A stretch of 64,000 nt of DNA, counting the filler, from Sphacelaria rigidula (Eukaryota): the NCBI GenBank assembly GCA_964200075.2. It is 6 parts of 6 records of this genome, joined end to end, with 100 filler letters (N's around TTAATTAATTAA, not from the genome) between each part and the next. Parts side by side here need not be neighbours in the genome. Positions count along the whole stretch, not along the records: positions 21,375 to 31,960 come from CAXNAA020006237.1; positions 32,061 to 42,646 come from CAXNAA020006238.1; 4 more parts are not named here. One strand, 5' to 3'. Shown piece after piece: positions 22,021 to 34,384 of this stretch. A program made the translations under genes and the position numbers. Positions within the stretch are counted from its first letter, which is position 1, and each line of letters opens with the position of its first letter. The notes beneath the pieces were generated by a model. It was not told the origin of the DNA. It was given only the letters and a program-made list of their open reading frames with translations, and did not search any database.

Positions 22021-25000
22021 ACCTTTGGCACTACTGCGACCTCTGGCTTCGGCGGGGCTTTCGGCGCCGCAAAGCCAACAAGCGTATTCGGCGCGCCGGC
22101 TCCGGCGGCTGGCACCAGTGCATTTGGCGGTGGAGCGGCGGCTGGAACCTCGGCGTTCGGCCGCACGACCTCCACGAGCCCTTTCGGGGCACCAGCGCCC
22201 GCCGCTTCAACGGCGGGTGCTTTCGGCTCCACCACGACGAGTGCCTTCGGTGCCCCCGCGCCGGCTAGCAGCCCATTCGGTGCACCGGCACCCGCGGTTG
22301 GCGGTTTCGGCGCGAGCGCCGGGGCCGCCAACCCCTTCGGCAAACCGGCGTCGAGCCCTTTTGGCGCTCCCGCGCCGGCGGCGGGCGGAGTTTTCGGCGC
22401 CGCACCTGCACCGGCCACCACCGGTTTCGGGGGTTTCGGTACGCCGACTAGCACCGCCGCAGCCAGCAGCGGGGGACTTTTCGGCGCCCCGGCCCCGGCG
22501 CCCGCGACGGGGGCATTTGGGGCGCCCGCGCCCGCACCGGCCGGCGGGGCATTCGGCGGATTTGGGACAACTGGCGGGGCGTTCGGAGCGTCCCCTGCGC
22601 AGCAGCAGCAAGGGACGGGAAATCCTTCGTGGAAGCAGACGCGTGCAGAGGACCCTACAGGCAAGGCTGGAGCGAACCCCGGCATGCTCATGTCGATATC
22701 TGCGATGAAGGTTAGTCTTGTGTTGAGAGCGAAAGCGTGTGTATGCTTTTCTCGGGAAGTTTACGGCTGGGAAAAGGTAGTTTGTTATCCACGGTCACAG
22801 CTGTGCCTTTTGCAGCGTTGGTTGGGACTTGATGCACCATGGCCTGCGGCGTGATCGCCGACATACTGACGGGTTCTTCTAGGAACTATCCGCGGTAGTT
22901 GCGTGTCAAGTACCCTTAACTCGTCCTCACCCATCCGCTGTTTTTTGTACTTTCTGTTCCTCCCGGCGACACATGAAAACGTCACGAAATCGATGCAGGA
23001 ATATAGCGGCAAAAGCCATGAAGAACTGAGGGTGGAAGACTATCTGCAGAACCGTAAGAACAGCTCGGCGGTCAGTGGGTCACAGTCATTCACCGGGTTC
23101 GGTGGCATCTCCCTCGGTGGCGCTCCCGCCCCCGCTCCCGGCGGTCTATTTGGGGGTTTTGGGGCCGCCCCCGCACCCGCCCCTACGCCAACGTCTGGGT
23201 TCAGCTTCGGAGCGGCCGCGCCAGCCCCGGCCGCGTCTCCGTTCGGGGGATTCGGTGCGACGACACCTGCCCCAGCGCCGGCAACGGGTGGCTTCGCCGG
23301 TTTCGGTGCCGCCCCGGCTCCGGCTTCCGGGGGCCTTTTTGGCGCACCGGCACCGGCTCCAGCCGCCGGCGGCGCATTCGGCGCTACGCAGGGTGGGTTC
23401 AGCTTCGGCAGCACCCCGGCGCCGGCGCCCGCCACTACCGGTACTTTCGGGACCTTCGGAGCGAGCGCCCCCCAACCTGCACCGGCTGCCGGAGGAGGAT
23501 TGTTCGGGGCCGCACCCGCGCCCGCGCTTTCGTTCGGCTCGACGGCCACCGCCCCCGCACCGGCGCCGACGCCGTTCGGAACAAGCTCATTCGGTTTCGG
23601 AGCTACCCCTGCCCCTGCTGCACCAGCCCCGAGCGCGTTTTCGTTCGGACAAACACCGGCAGCAGCCCCGGCGACTGGAGCCTTTGGCGCCCCGGCACCG
23701 GCAGCGAGCACTGGGTTGTTTGGATCTTCCACGGGTGGGGGGTTATTTGGGTCGACGCCAGCACCCGCCCCCGCGACTGGTGCCGGCGCGTTTAGCTTCG
23801 GCGCCAAGACTGCTGCCCCTGCACCGGGTACGGGGTTTTCCTTCGGCGGTACCAGTGGGGCATTTGGCGCTGCGGCTACGAAGCCCGCCATTGGGTTTGG
23901 TGCGCCCGCCCCTGCTGCTGGTGGTCTTTTTGGAGCTCCTGCGCCTGCACCATCAGCGGTTAGTTTCGGAAGCACACCAGCTCCTGCAGCGGGATCCACG
24001 AGCACGTTTGGTGGTTTCGGTGCTGGCTTCGGTACATCGGCGCCCGCGCCCACGTCGCCCTTTGCAGCTCCTGCACCAGCTGGGGGTGGACTGTTCGGGG
24101 CTGCGCCGGGGGCTGCTGGGGGACTGTTTGGGTCAACGACCCAGCAGCAGCAACAGCAACAGCAGCGTGTTGCGATGCACAATCAAGATCCTTACGGTGC
24201 ATCGGGAAACCCGGGCTTTGGATCGGGTGCGCTCGAACAAAAGGTGAGAAATATCCGGTTTCGTCTTCTTGTGTGCCTGTACTGATCCCTTTTGCTGTAT
24301 ATGGCTGATTGAGAATTCCTGTTGGGGGAGGAGGGGGGCGGAGGGAGGCGTACTCATCTGTTGCTTGCTTTCGTCATTTAACTCTGGAGTACGCATCCCT
24401 TTCGAGACGGAGCGCCGTTCGTACTTGTAATAGAAACACTTCCAACATTTGGGTGCTCTTCACTTTTCTACCGTACATTATACAAAACCTTTTACATACC
24501 TCATTTGCCTGTTTCACCGTCAGTGGCCACCAGCCATCTCATAATATAACGATCGCTTTCCCGCTACTTTCTAATGTACAAGACGATGTCATGCCACTTT
24601 CGCTTGCTTCCCAACTCTCTCCCTCTTAACCCTTTTGGAACTCACTGACGATTTTTATTTTTGTGAATTGGTATCGCTCTGGCTTGAAAATGACTTGAAA
24701 TGATGCCGATTCACAAAAATAGAAATCGTCAGTGGGTTCCAAAGGGGTTAACACATCAATAAGAGAGTAGGAAGTGGATCGCGGGGGGGGGAGGGAGGAG
24801 CTGGAATCTTGAGCAGTCCTTGTGCGAACGAAGCCAATGCACTTGGCATGACTCGCATATGAGAAGACAACATGGTCAACTATGCCAAACTCCCCCCCTC
24901 CCCTGTCCTCATATGCCGTACCTCGTTAAATTATCTACAGGTCAAGGGAGTACAAAACAGCAGCCAGCAGCTCGCCATCAGCTTCGAGCGTGGCAGCGGT

Positions 25001-28000
25001 GCCAACCCATCAGGTGCGAACGCCGCCGATCAAGGCGGTGGGGTCGGCACAGGCGTCGGTGGCGGCGGAGGGGTATCAACAGGCGCATCAGTGGGTAACG
25101 CAGCCCCATCGGTTGGCTTTGCATACCGTCGCACACCAAGGTCTTCGGCGCGCATTCGCCCAAGGGGCCTGACTGGTGGCGGTGAAAATGTTGGAGCCGG
25201 TGGGGACGGTGGTAATAGCTCAATGCTACCTCCCTCCTCATCGAGACTGCTGTCAGAAGGTTCATTGACGCCTGGCGTCGCAGGGGGGGTTGCTGGCAGC
25301 AAGGCTCGGGGTATCCTTAGCCCCGATGTCTACCTGAGCGCCGGAGTGAAACGCCTAAACATCCCGGTCAGCAACACGGAGGAGCGACGCCCGCGATTCT
25401 CAGAGTCTCGGCCGCTGATTAAGCCGGACAGCGGAGGCGATGGTGGTACGACGTCTGCTCAGAGTGGAGACGGAGGTGTTAGTGTCGGTGGTGGTGGTGG
25501 TGGTGACCGTTCTGACAACAGCGCGGCGGTGGCCGGTGGAGCAGGAGGCGGACGCGAAGAGACCAAGACCGGTGAACGCGATGACTTTGCCGTTACCACG
25601 GGAACATCGACACCCGCGCCGAGCGCAAACAGGGGCGGTGGTGGCGCCGGCAGCCGGAACGGTGGGGCAGCGGGGATAGGAGCAGATTCAGGTGTGATGG
25701 GAGGAGCTTTGGCCGACATGGCATCCCCACCGCCCAGTGGTGCGGTAGGAACTGACGTCCGCGCGGCTGCGGGCGGCCGGGGAGGAGACGAGAGCCTTTT
25801 GGATGACGGTTCGCCTTCAGGTGGCGGCAGCGGCGGAGGTGGCGGTGGTTTGTTCGACGTTGTCAGCGACGCGGATATTGGCGTAAGTCGTGCTTCTGCT
25901 TTGGCTCCTACGTTGAACGTGGTGGGCTACGAAACGATTCCGCGTATGTCGGAGCTTGCTGCTATGGATGAGAGTTCGCTGAGGTCGGTGACCGGTTTCA
26001 AAGTGAGTCGACATGGCTTCGGCAGCATCGCGTGGAAGGAGCCGGTGGACCTGCGTGGAGTAGATATCGGCGCGGTGGTGAGTGCGTTTTTGTGGTTTGC
26101 GCTTCTGCTTGGTATTTGGTTTTTTTGCATTGAAAAAGCAGTGCGGTTGCATGGTATCATTTCCATGACTTGAGCTTTGTTTTGGACATATCCATCGTGG
26201 AGTTGGGCTTTGAGTTGTGCTGGTGTACTCGATGATTTGGGTATTTCACGGGTGCTGAACGACCGACGACCGGCTGTGGCCAGAGTAGTTGAGAAGATGG
26301 ATGTTTCAGGAAGATCGTCTCTACGGGCTGAACCCACTTGCTCCGGCTTCGCAGCTGTTTTTCGTTTGCATGTCGAATCATGGAGCTGAGGAACGCCAAT
26401 CGCTTGCGCTGACTTACTCAAATGTATAGTTCTGATTTTGTTGTTCCCCCCGTCTTCGGCTCGCCCCTGTTCCCTGCTCTCCCCCTCGGCCACACACAGG
26501 TTGCAATCGAGTCCAAATCAGCCTCTGTGTATGACGATCTACCGGAAGGTGAAGAAAAGCCGCCGCGTGGCGAAGGACTCAACAAGCCCACGACCGTGAC
26601 GCTTCTCGGCATTTTCCCGAAGGGAGACGACCCGTCTGATGAGCAGAAGCGGCGATACGAGCAGAAGGTTCGTCGAAACACGGAGAAGTTGGGTGAGTTA
26701 AAACGGTGCTTTTTTTTCGTCGTGCTGATTAATTTGACGTCATCTGTTGGTAGCTAAAGCATCTACCGGTACGTCTCGTTGCAAATATACAGATTTATGT
26801 TATTTCGTATTTTGCTTGTGTTGACGCCCCAACGTTGTCACACCTTTTTTTTCGACGGGAGCTATTTTACCGTTTTTCCGTCCACGTGTTGCCCTCTCCC
26901 CCTCCCCAGCTCTCCCCGACTACACCATATTCATTTTTTGTTTCGTGCTACTAATGTTTCTTCCTTGTTCTCCAGGCGCCGCACTCGTGGACTACAGTGC
27001 AACGACGGGAATTTGGGTGTTTGACACGCTGCACTGGTCACGCTACGCCATGGACGATGACAGCGATGACGACGACGGGGCAGGCGCCAACAAGGCAAAG
27101 GCGGCGGGCGGCGGTACGGCGGCAGCGAGTAAGCTCATGCCGCCGCCGCCGCCGCTTGGCGCCGCGGGGAGAATGAATCGGCCACCGGCGAGCAGCACAC
27201 GAGGTGAGTGGTGTCAACGACCGCGGAAATATGGTCGTGATGTTTTCTCCTTTTTTTCAAATTGTGGGACCTTTTGCTGACGTGAAGGGGTGAAGCAACT
27301 CGGAATTTTTGTCCTGTTGTTTTGTTCTGCATGACGTCGCTTGTTTCGAGTGACCAGCTACTGTGTCTTCACAAAAGCGAAATGAAGTACAATATCCGCC
27401 GCCAACAAATAGCGCGTTAAAACTGAAGAGAACCTCAATGAGGTAGCGCTGCGGTAAGAGTCGAATGGTTTTATTTTTGTTGTTGTGCGTCCGCAGGCGT
27501 GATTGCGCGTACCTTCTCATGCCCATACGGTGTATTCTCACCTGGGCGTGTCAACGGCATGAATCCGTTGGCAAGTTTTTCGTGTACTTTTTTTCACGCG
27601 TCGACCTTCCTCTGCTTGTTCCTCCTTGAACATGTATCCTTCCTTTCCCCGTAAACCGTGTCGACCGCCCATACAGGTCAGAGACCGCCTCGCCGCTCGA
27701 CGAAGTACGCCATGCCCGACACAGACGACGAAGGCAGCATTGCGGACAATGCGTCCGATGCAGGGGGCGGCAGCGTAGGCGTCGGCGTAACCGCTGGCGG
27801 CGGAGGAAATAGCTCTCAGGTATGGTATAGTCAGCATGCCGGCGAAAATGTTGAAGGGTTGGTTTGCACTCGACCTTGCGGTGGTATGGATATTGTGTTT
27901 GCGGAGAAGTGCACCATGGGCAAAGTCGATGGGTTGAGCGAGTATTGAACCATCATCAGCAAGTAGAAGAAGATGAATACAAATCTGTTTAAAGATGTGT

Positions 28001-30842
28001 CTTGGCGGGGTCACTTGTGCGAGAGAACACTTGTGTGTGTATCTCGTGTGTGTCACGCACCACACTCTTTTTTCATCACAAATTTTGCGCATCACAGTGA
28101 CACGCAGGCGGGGTAATTTCATTTGTGCAAGCCCCCCTGCGCTCGGTTGTACTGCTGACCGGCGGCGTCCGAGTCTCGAGGCATTTTTTTGTGTTGATGT
28201 CCTTTGTGTTTTCTGTACATATGCATATGTCTGTGTTCATGTGTCAATAATTAGGCCGGGCACGGCGACGAGGATGCAGATATGGCGGATGCCGGGTACG
28301 CCCACCCGGCTGGGGTAGCGTCGGTGACTTTTGCGGGCACGGGCGGATCCCAGAGAGGCTCGTGGGTCGACCCTCGGCTCCCCACGAACAAACTGTTCCA
28401 CTCCCCAATGGACACGGAACAGGTCGGGAGCATGCGGGAAACGTTTGAGCGAGGCCACTTTGGCTCTCGCGGTGTTGCCGGCGGCGTTGGGGGCAGCAAA
28501 AATGCTCGCGAGAGGGGCGGTGGCGATGACCTTGTGCGCCCGGGGGATGCTGCGTCGGGAACACACCCACGTACGATCCAACGATCGCCGTGGGAACCGC
28601 TAGAGGAGCCTCGTGTAAGCCCGTCGGCCGCGAGCCTAGCAGACCCCGAAGATGAGAAAGCTGCAGCCGCCTTTCGTCCAGCTGTGCGAGCGGCCGACAG
28701 TCGTGTGCTCCGCTTGTTGGCGGACGCCTGGAACGCCGAAGGTGGCGAAAAGAGTGACAACGGTGTGCGGGGTCAAGTGCGCGCGGGGGCACTCGTGGCT
28801 GATCTCGGCCTGCGAGTCGGCCGAGGTTTCCGAGCGAGTTGGGGGCCTGGCGGAACGCTCGTTTACCCTGGGACTGTTGGCGGCGGGGCGAGCCGACGGG
28901 GTCGTGGTGACCACACTGTGAAGGTCCTGAAATTCGATCCAACGCCATCGGCGTCCCCTCGTGGTGCGGAGGAGTTATACGTTGAAACTTTGTGTAACCA
29001 TCAGCAGTTTGCGGAACAGATTAATTCCAGTCCTACTTTTGGTGCACCGGGAGCGGTGGCGGGTAGCGATGAAAATTCACCGCCGCGGTGGGCATTGCCC
29101 CATCGCCGCCACGATCGCCCTGAGAATTACGACGCACTCGTGCGCTGCATGCACGGGTATGCGGCCGCGCATCGCGCGATTGCATCCAAGAGAACGGGGG
29201 GCGCGGGAGGTGGCATGGATGGCCTTGCGAGCAGCCCGGAGTGGGTGCTGGAGCAAATGTGGTGCCTGGCCAGTGCAATGTGGGGCCAAGAGGAAGGAGA
29301 CGGGAAGGGGCAAGATCTTCCCATGCCGGGCGAAGCGCCGCTGCATAGCGACATCGATGGGAACAACGGCGATTACGCCGGCGGGCCTTCTCCGTCGTGT
29401 CGGAGGGAAGCGGCCGTGGCCGACTGGCTTGCAAACGCTGTGTCCATATGCGTGCCCCCCGTGCCAAAAGGCGACGACCCCTGGCGAAAAGTGTTGGAGC
29501 TTCTGAGCGTGCGTCGTGTTGGTGACGCAGCCAGGCTTGCCGTTCAGTCCGGGTTACCCCGTCTCGCGGTGGTGCTCGCTGCCTCAGCGACGGCGTCGGG
29601 CCAGACGGGGGGCGCTTGTCATGGGACTCTCTGCCCAAGCAGCGCGCTCGCGAAGCAGGTTGAGCTGTGGCAGGCCGGTGGTGCAGACGCGCGGATGCCG
29701 CAGGAAGCGTTCGCTATATATCAGTTACTCGGGCGTGAGAGATTCCGGGACATGCAATTGCGTGGCGTGATAGGGGGGGGCAAACTGGTGGCGGGCGGTG
29801 GCCAGGCGGCATCTCGGCACAGGTCGCTGGACTGGCTGCGTCAGCTGGGGCTGTGCCTTTGGTTTGGCGCCGGTGTATCATCGAGGGACAGCGTCGACGG
29901 CGCTGGAGGTAGCGGCGTTGCCGAGGCTCTGGAAGCGTTTGAGTCGCTTGTGGCCGACAAGGAGGCCCTGGAACCTACGGCCCGCTACGTTCATGAGGCC
30001 ACTCACCACGCGGAGGAGAATCTGGAGGAGGTGTGCACGAAGCTCCGGGCATTCCACGTGTCCTCGCAGGAACGCTCTGGCCGCCGTGATCGATGCATTC
30101 TCAACCGCCTCCTTGCTTTGTATCCGCCTCGGCACGTCTGTGCCGGCGGCGTCGGTGGCGCAAGCGCCTCAGTCGCAGCAGGGAGCGCCCTTCTCGCCGC
30201 TTTGGAACCCCTGGCGGTTTGTCCCGACGTGATGGACTACCGACACTCGTGGCACCTCATGACGGTGGTGGAGGCCCTCGGCGTGGCCGTGATTTCAGAC
30301 CGGTGCACGGCGGCGGCCGTTGCGGAAGGCCTGCGGTTTCAGTTGATCGTGGCGGGTCTGTGGGAATGGGCAGTGTACGTAACACTGTCGACGTCGGCGG
30401 CGGATAGTGGGGAAGGGGGAGACGCCGCAGACCGCCGCCGAAGCGAGGCGACAGCCCACGAGCTTGTCGTGAGATACGGTCATGGCTTGCTCGCCGCGCG
30501 CCCGGATACTGCGGACGGTAAGCGGCGGCGCCTGTTGGACACGATGGGGGTGCCGGAGGCATGGCTGTACGAGGCCGCCGCTGTGCGGGCAGGGTGAGAG
30601 CGCGGTACACACATTCACACATGCTCGGTGCTATTGTGTGCGAGACCGGCGGGATCAGAGGGCGAGGGGGCGTGGGGGGGGTATGAGTAGTTTCCCCATG
30701 CTGTTGCTGAGGGGGGTGGGACGGCGGGGGGGGAGGCGGCGGGGGGGGGGGTGGTTAAGGGGTTTGAGTGGTGGTACGGGGGGGGTCTGTGGGAGGNNNN
30801 NNNNNNGGGGGGGGTGGGGGGGGGTGGGGCGCGTGCCCCGGT

Positions 30843-30884
<42 letters not shown>

Positions 30885-31773
30885 GTTCAATGATTTTTAT
30901 GGCTGGTACGATGTGGGCATATGGAAGGCAACGTAGGGCAATTGCTGACAGCAACCGTACGGGATGTGCTGCTACTACGGCATCTTGCGCCAACGTATTT
31001 TTCTTCTTCTTGTAGAGACATGCGAGTTACCAAACGAAATACGCTTTTTTCCCACCTGACGATCACTTTTCAAACCATTGACGCACATCTTTGGACTTAT
31101 GCACCCTCAACCTCCTGCCTCCCCACCCGCCGTCTAATTACGCATCCACTGCAGGTACGAGCATAAATCGGCTTTGCCGGCTCCAACTACACCATGCATG
31201 CCTTGCAACAAGAAAAGCGGTCTTGCCGGTACCGACGGCAGTGTCGGCGGCAATGGGGTAGAGGCCGAGTTGAACCGTGGAGCGAAGTTGGGGCTACTGG
31301 TCTCCGCGGGTTCGGCACGACTGGCTGGGGATGCGGCCAAGGAGTTGTGCCGCCTTGCGCCGACTACTTTGTACCTTGGTCGCGAAGTGGAGGAATTGGC
31401 GAAAAATTTCCACGACATTTCTGAAAAACTTGGTGTTGTGGAAGAACGAGACAGAAACGGGATCGCTTTCACCGCTGCCAAGGGCGGCCGGGGCGGTGGC
31501 AATAACAGGATGATCGCGTCTGGGATTGACACGGGCAACCGCGTTGGTGGCGGCGGCGGGCGCACGAAGGAATTTGATGCTTACAATGAGATGCTGTTTA
31601 CTGTGCAGAGTGGACCAATAGATGGAGAAGCTTGGACGAGTGAAGAAATTGAGAGACTTCGTCGCATGCGGGATGTGGTGGAGTGCGCCGCGGCGAGGGT
31701 AGCTGGGGAGGCCGTCGCTCACGAGGCGCTGTCCACCCTTTGGAGAAAGGCAGACCTAATTGCTGCTGAGTAG
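22021..31773 (+). CDS. NUP98: Nuclear pore complex protein Nup98-Nup96 precursor. Exons 22021-22710, 22999-24243, 24941-26077, 26500-26692, 26976-27203, 27677-27819, 28255-30593, 31155-31773; start exon not identified
   Basis: FG/GLFG repeats; GLEBS motif SISAMK|EYSGKSHEELRVEDY; autoproteolytic domain (GYETIP..VTGFKVSRHGFGSIAWKEPVDL..VY..KPPRGEGLNKPTTVTL..Y...GIWVF..HWSRY); Nup96 motifs GRGFRASWGPGG, LDWLRQLGLCLWF, DYRHSWHL, QLIVAGLWEWAVYV, GVPEAWLYEA; GT-AG junctions are phase-consistent throughout. Confidence 0.95.
24630..24747. mobile_element. 118-bp piggyBac-like hairpin MITE in a Nup98 intron
   Basis: TTAA TSD on both sides; ~45-bp TIR cccttttggaactcactgacgattt.. / ..aaatcgtcagtgggttccaaagggg. 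Confidence 0.9.
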
Positions 31774-34384
31774 GAAATATTAACAGTAGCGATGATTATT
31801 CATTAGCATGTTGTGTACTGATGAGAGTTTTTCGCCAGGGAGATCTTCCGGCGGACGTTTTTTTTTTCGGGGGGGGGGGGGGGGGGGGTGTGGGGGACGT
31901 AATTTTGGGTGCGGTTTTTCTTGTTTGGGGGGGTGTGGGTTGTTTGTGTTGTGCGGTTTTNNNNNNNNNNNNNNNNNNNNNNNNNNNNNNNNNNNNNNNN
32001 NNNNTTAATTAATTAANNNNNNNNNNNNNNNNNNNNNNNNNNNNNNNNNNNNNNNNNNNNCACCCTCCTGATAAACGGGGTCTTCACCCGGTATCGCCCC
32101 CACAACACCAACTTCGGCGATTGTGATTTGCGCACGGTTTGCTTATTTTGCCAAAACTATCGACGCTAGCACTTTCGAGTGCTCATGGAGAGTGTTATGC
32201 GAAAAATCCCCGAAATTAGGCCGTCCGCAGAAAATGCCAGACTGAGGTCTGTGCAGTATAGAAGGGAAACGATCTCGATCGTTATTGTGAAAATTTGATT
32301 CGTCTTGATTTACCCGAATATATTCCGTTTCGTCGTTGAAAAGCGGGAAAACTGCTTACATTGGACCAAAAACGGTCAATAACGCCCTCCTGATAAACGG
32401 GGTACCAAGTCCGTATCGCCCCAAAAACACCAACGTGAGCACTGCAGTTTGAGCGCGGCCTACGCTTTCCCCCTAAATCTACCGTCGCTAGCACTTTCAA
32501 GTAGTAGTGAAGAACGGTACTCTGGAAAAACTCAGAAGAAAGGACAACTGTGAATTCTGAAAACTTCTGATGCTGACTACTACATGAGATATCAAACACT
32601 TGTTGAGACCTTGTCATGCGGAATGAACGAAGATACTCTGGCGGTGACCGAACTGTTGCAGGCGTGACCCAACATAGAGGTGCCGCCATGCTGTAATCTG
32701 GAGCACTCGTTGCGTGGGTGTGTTTATCTTTCCAAAACTTGCATGTGAGGAGGTCACCCATCACAAGCTGGGGCGAGATGAGCTATCACGAGGGACGAGA
32801 TTGCTCCATGATCAACCACTCGCCGTTGCATTCGTGACCCACGCCATTAACCGGCGACCGCAAAGGCCTTGCCCAAGAATAGGTTTCAAGGAGCGCTGGC
32901 AGCAGCATGTCAGACAAGCCCGGACATGGCTAGCTTTCGTTGCTGTACCGTCTGCGTAATCACCGTAGCATCGAGATTGATAAGGTATGTACGATGAAAC
33001 ATTCCCATTTGTACAGTAAAACCCATTCCACAGGATCAGAACGCCTCTCAAGAGCTGCGAGACTGTAGCTTCCCCGCTTGCAAGTACTGACGCGCCTATT
33101 CCACTGGGTTCCACTGGTGTCTCTTACGGTGCCAACCAGCGTGCACCTCAACCATCCACGATAATAAGGCTGCACAACTGCGAAGTGCATATCTTCTGGC
33201 CTCAAGGTCATCAGCGATACCGCTATCGGCGTTGTCTCGCACAAAACGCCCGCTCCAGCTTGCCCTTCACCTGATCAACAGTCAAGGACGACGGTCAACG
33301 TCGCACCAGCGCGGAAAATCAGGATCAAACATGTTCTCGTACACTGAAAGAAAAAAAAAAAATGTTCTAGACCACTGTACCAATCTCACAAGCAGTAATG
33401 GTAGCACAATGAACACAGCGACGCGGAAAATTTTTAAACATGAATCGAAGTCCTACCCAGCGCATAGTGTTGCGGCACTAGCATGGTATTCGTTTGGCCC
33501 GCTACCGGTGAACCCAGACAGGTAGGTAACGACACCACGTAATCGGTTGTGTTACTCAGGGAGGCTGGGTCGGACGACCGATGAGATAAGATCTCCAACG
33601 AAATACTGACGTTGTCTGCATAGGTGTGAACGAGCCAGCCAGTGAATCGTGTCCCACGTGTAGCACACCCTCAATCGTTCCCTCCGAAAGGCACGAGCAG
33701 TCTAACGTTCAGACAGGCGCTACTCGCATGAACCCAATCGGTGCGCAGTACTGCAGGAAAGGTGTGCACTTCATGTACTTCTAGTCCCCAGATACGTGGT
33801 CAAGTTTCAACGACAGCGCGACAACACGTTCGAGAAAGCGGGCCCAAGTTTAAAGCTCATACTTGAAGGCATGCGTCGACGCGTCCTAAGTTCTAGCCAA
33901 CCTCAGCCGAGCAGTGGGTACGGGGCGGTTTGTTGCTACTCCGAGTTTAGTTCTGTGCACAATGCCGCCAAGTTCATTCGCAACGCGGCGGAATTCATGG
34001 AGTAAAGCCGCAATCATACACAGGTATATACAACGCATGCTACTCAAGTGAAACTCCGACATAGGGGAACAATGAGGTCACAGAGCCCCAACATAAGCCC
34101 CCGAGACATGAACGCGCAGTGATATTACACGCCGTTTTGGATGACAGGCGATATCCAGAACTCCGAACTCCGACACCCTAGAGGAGGCATGTGCCGTTCA
34201 TATGTTAAGGCCAATGAGCTTTACAGTACCCCGAGCGTTCTCTACCACCACTGGACTACTTGCGAACGTGCAATGATCAGCCAAAAAACGGTCCAGAACT
34301 TTCCCGTCATGCGCCTTAGGAGTGCACTCACTCTCGCCAACGACTCGCGCCAACCTGCAACGACTCACGCTAACCTGCACGCAC

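Noticed and set aside
21989-24247. Long antisense and alternative-frame ORFs (21999-22691 -, 23040-24182 -, 23075-24247 +, 21989-22708 +)
   Set aside because: These are shadow frames of the GC-rich FG-repeat exons of Nup98.
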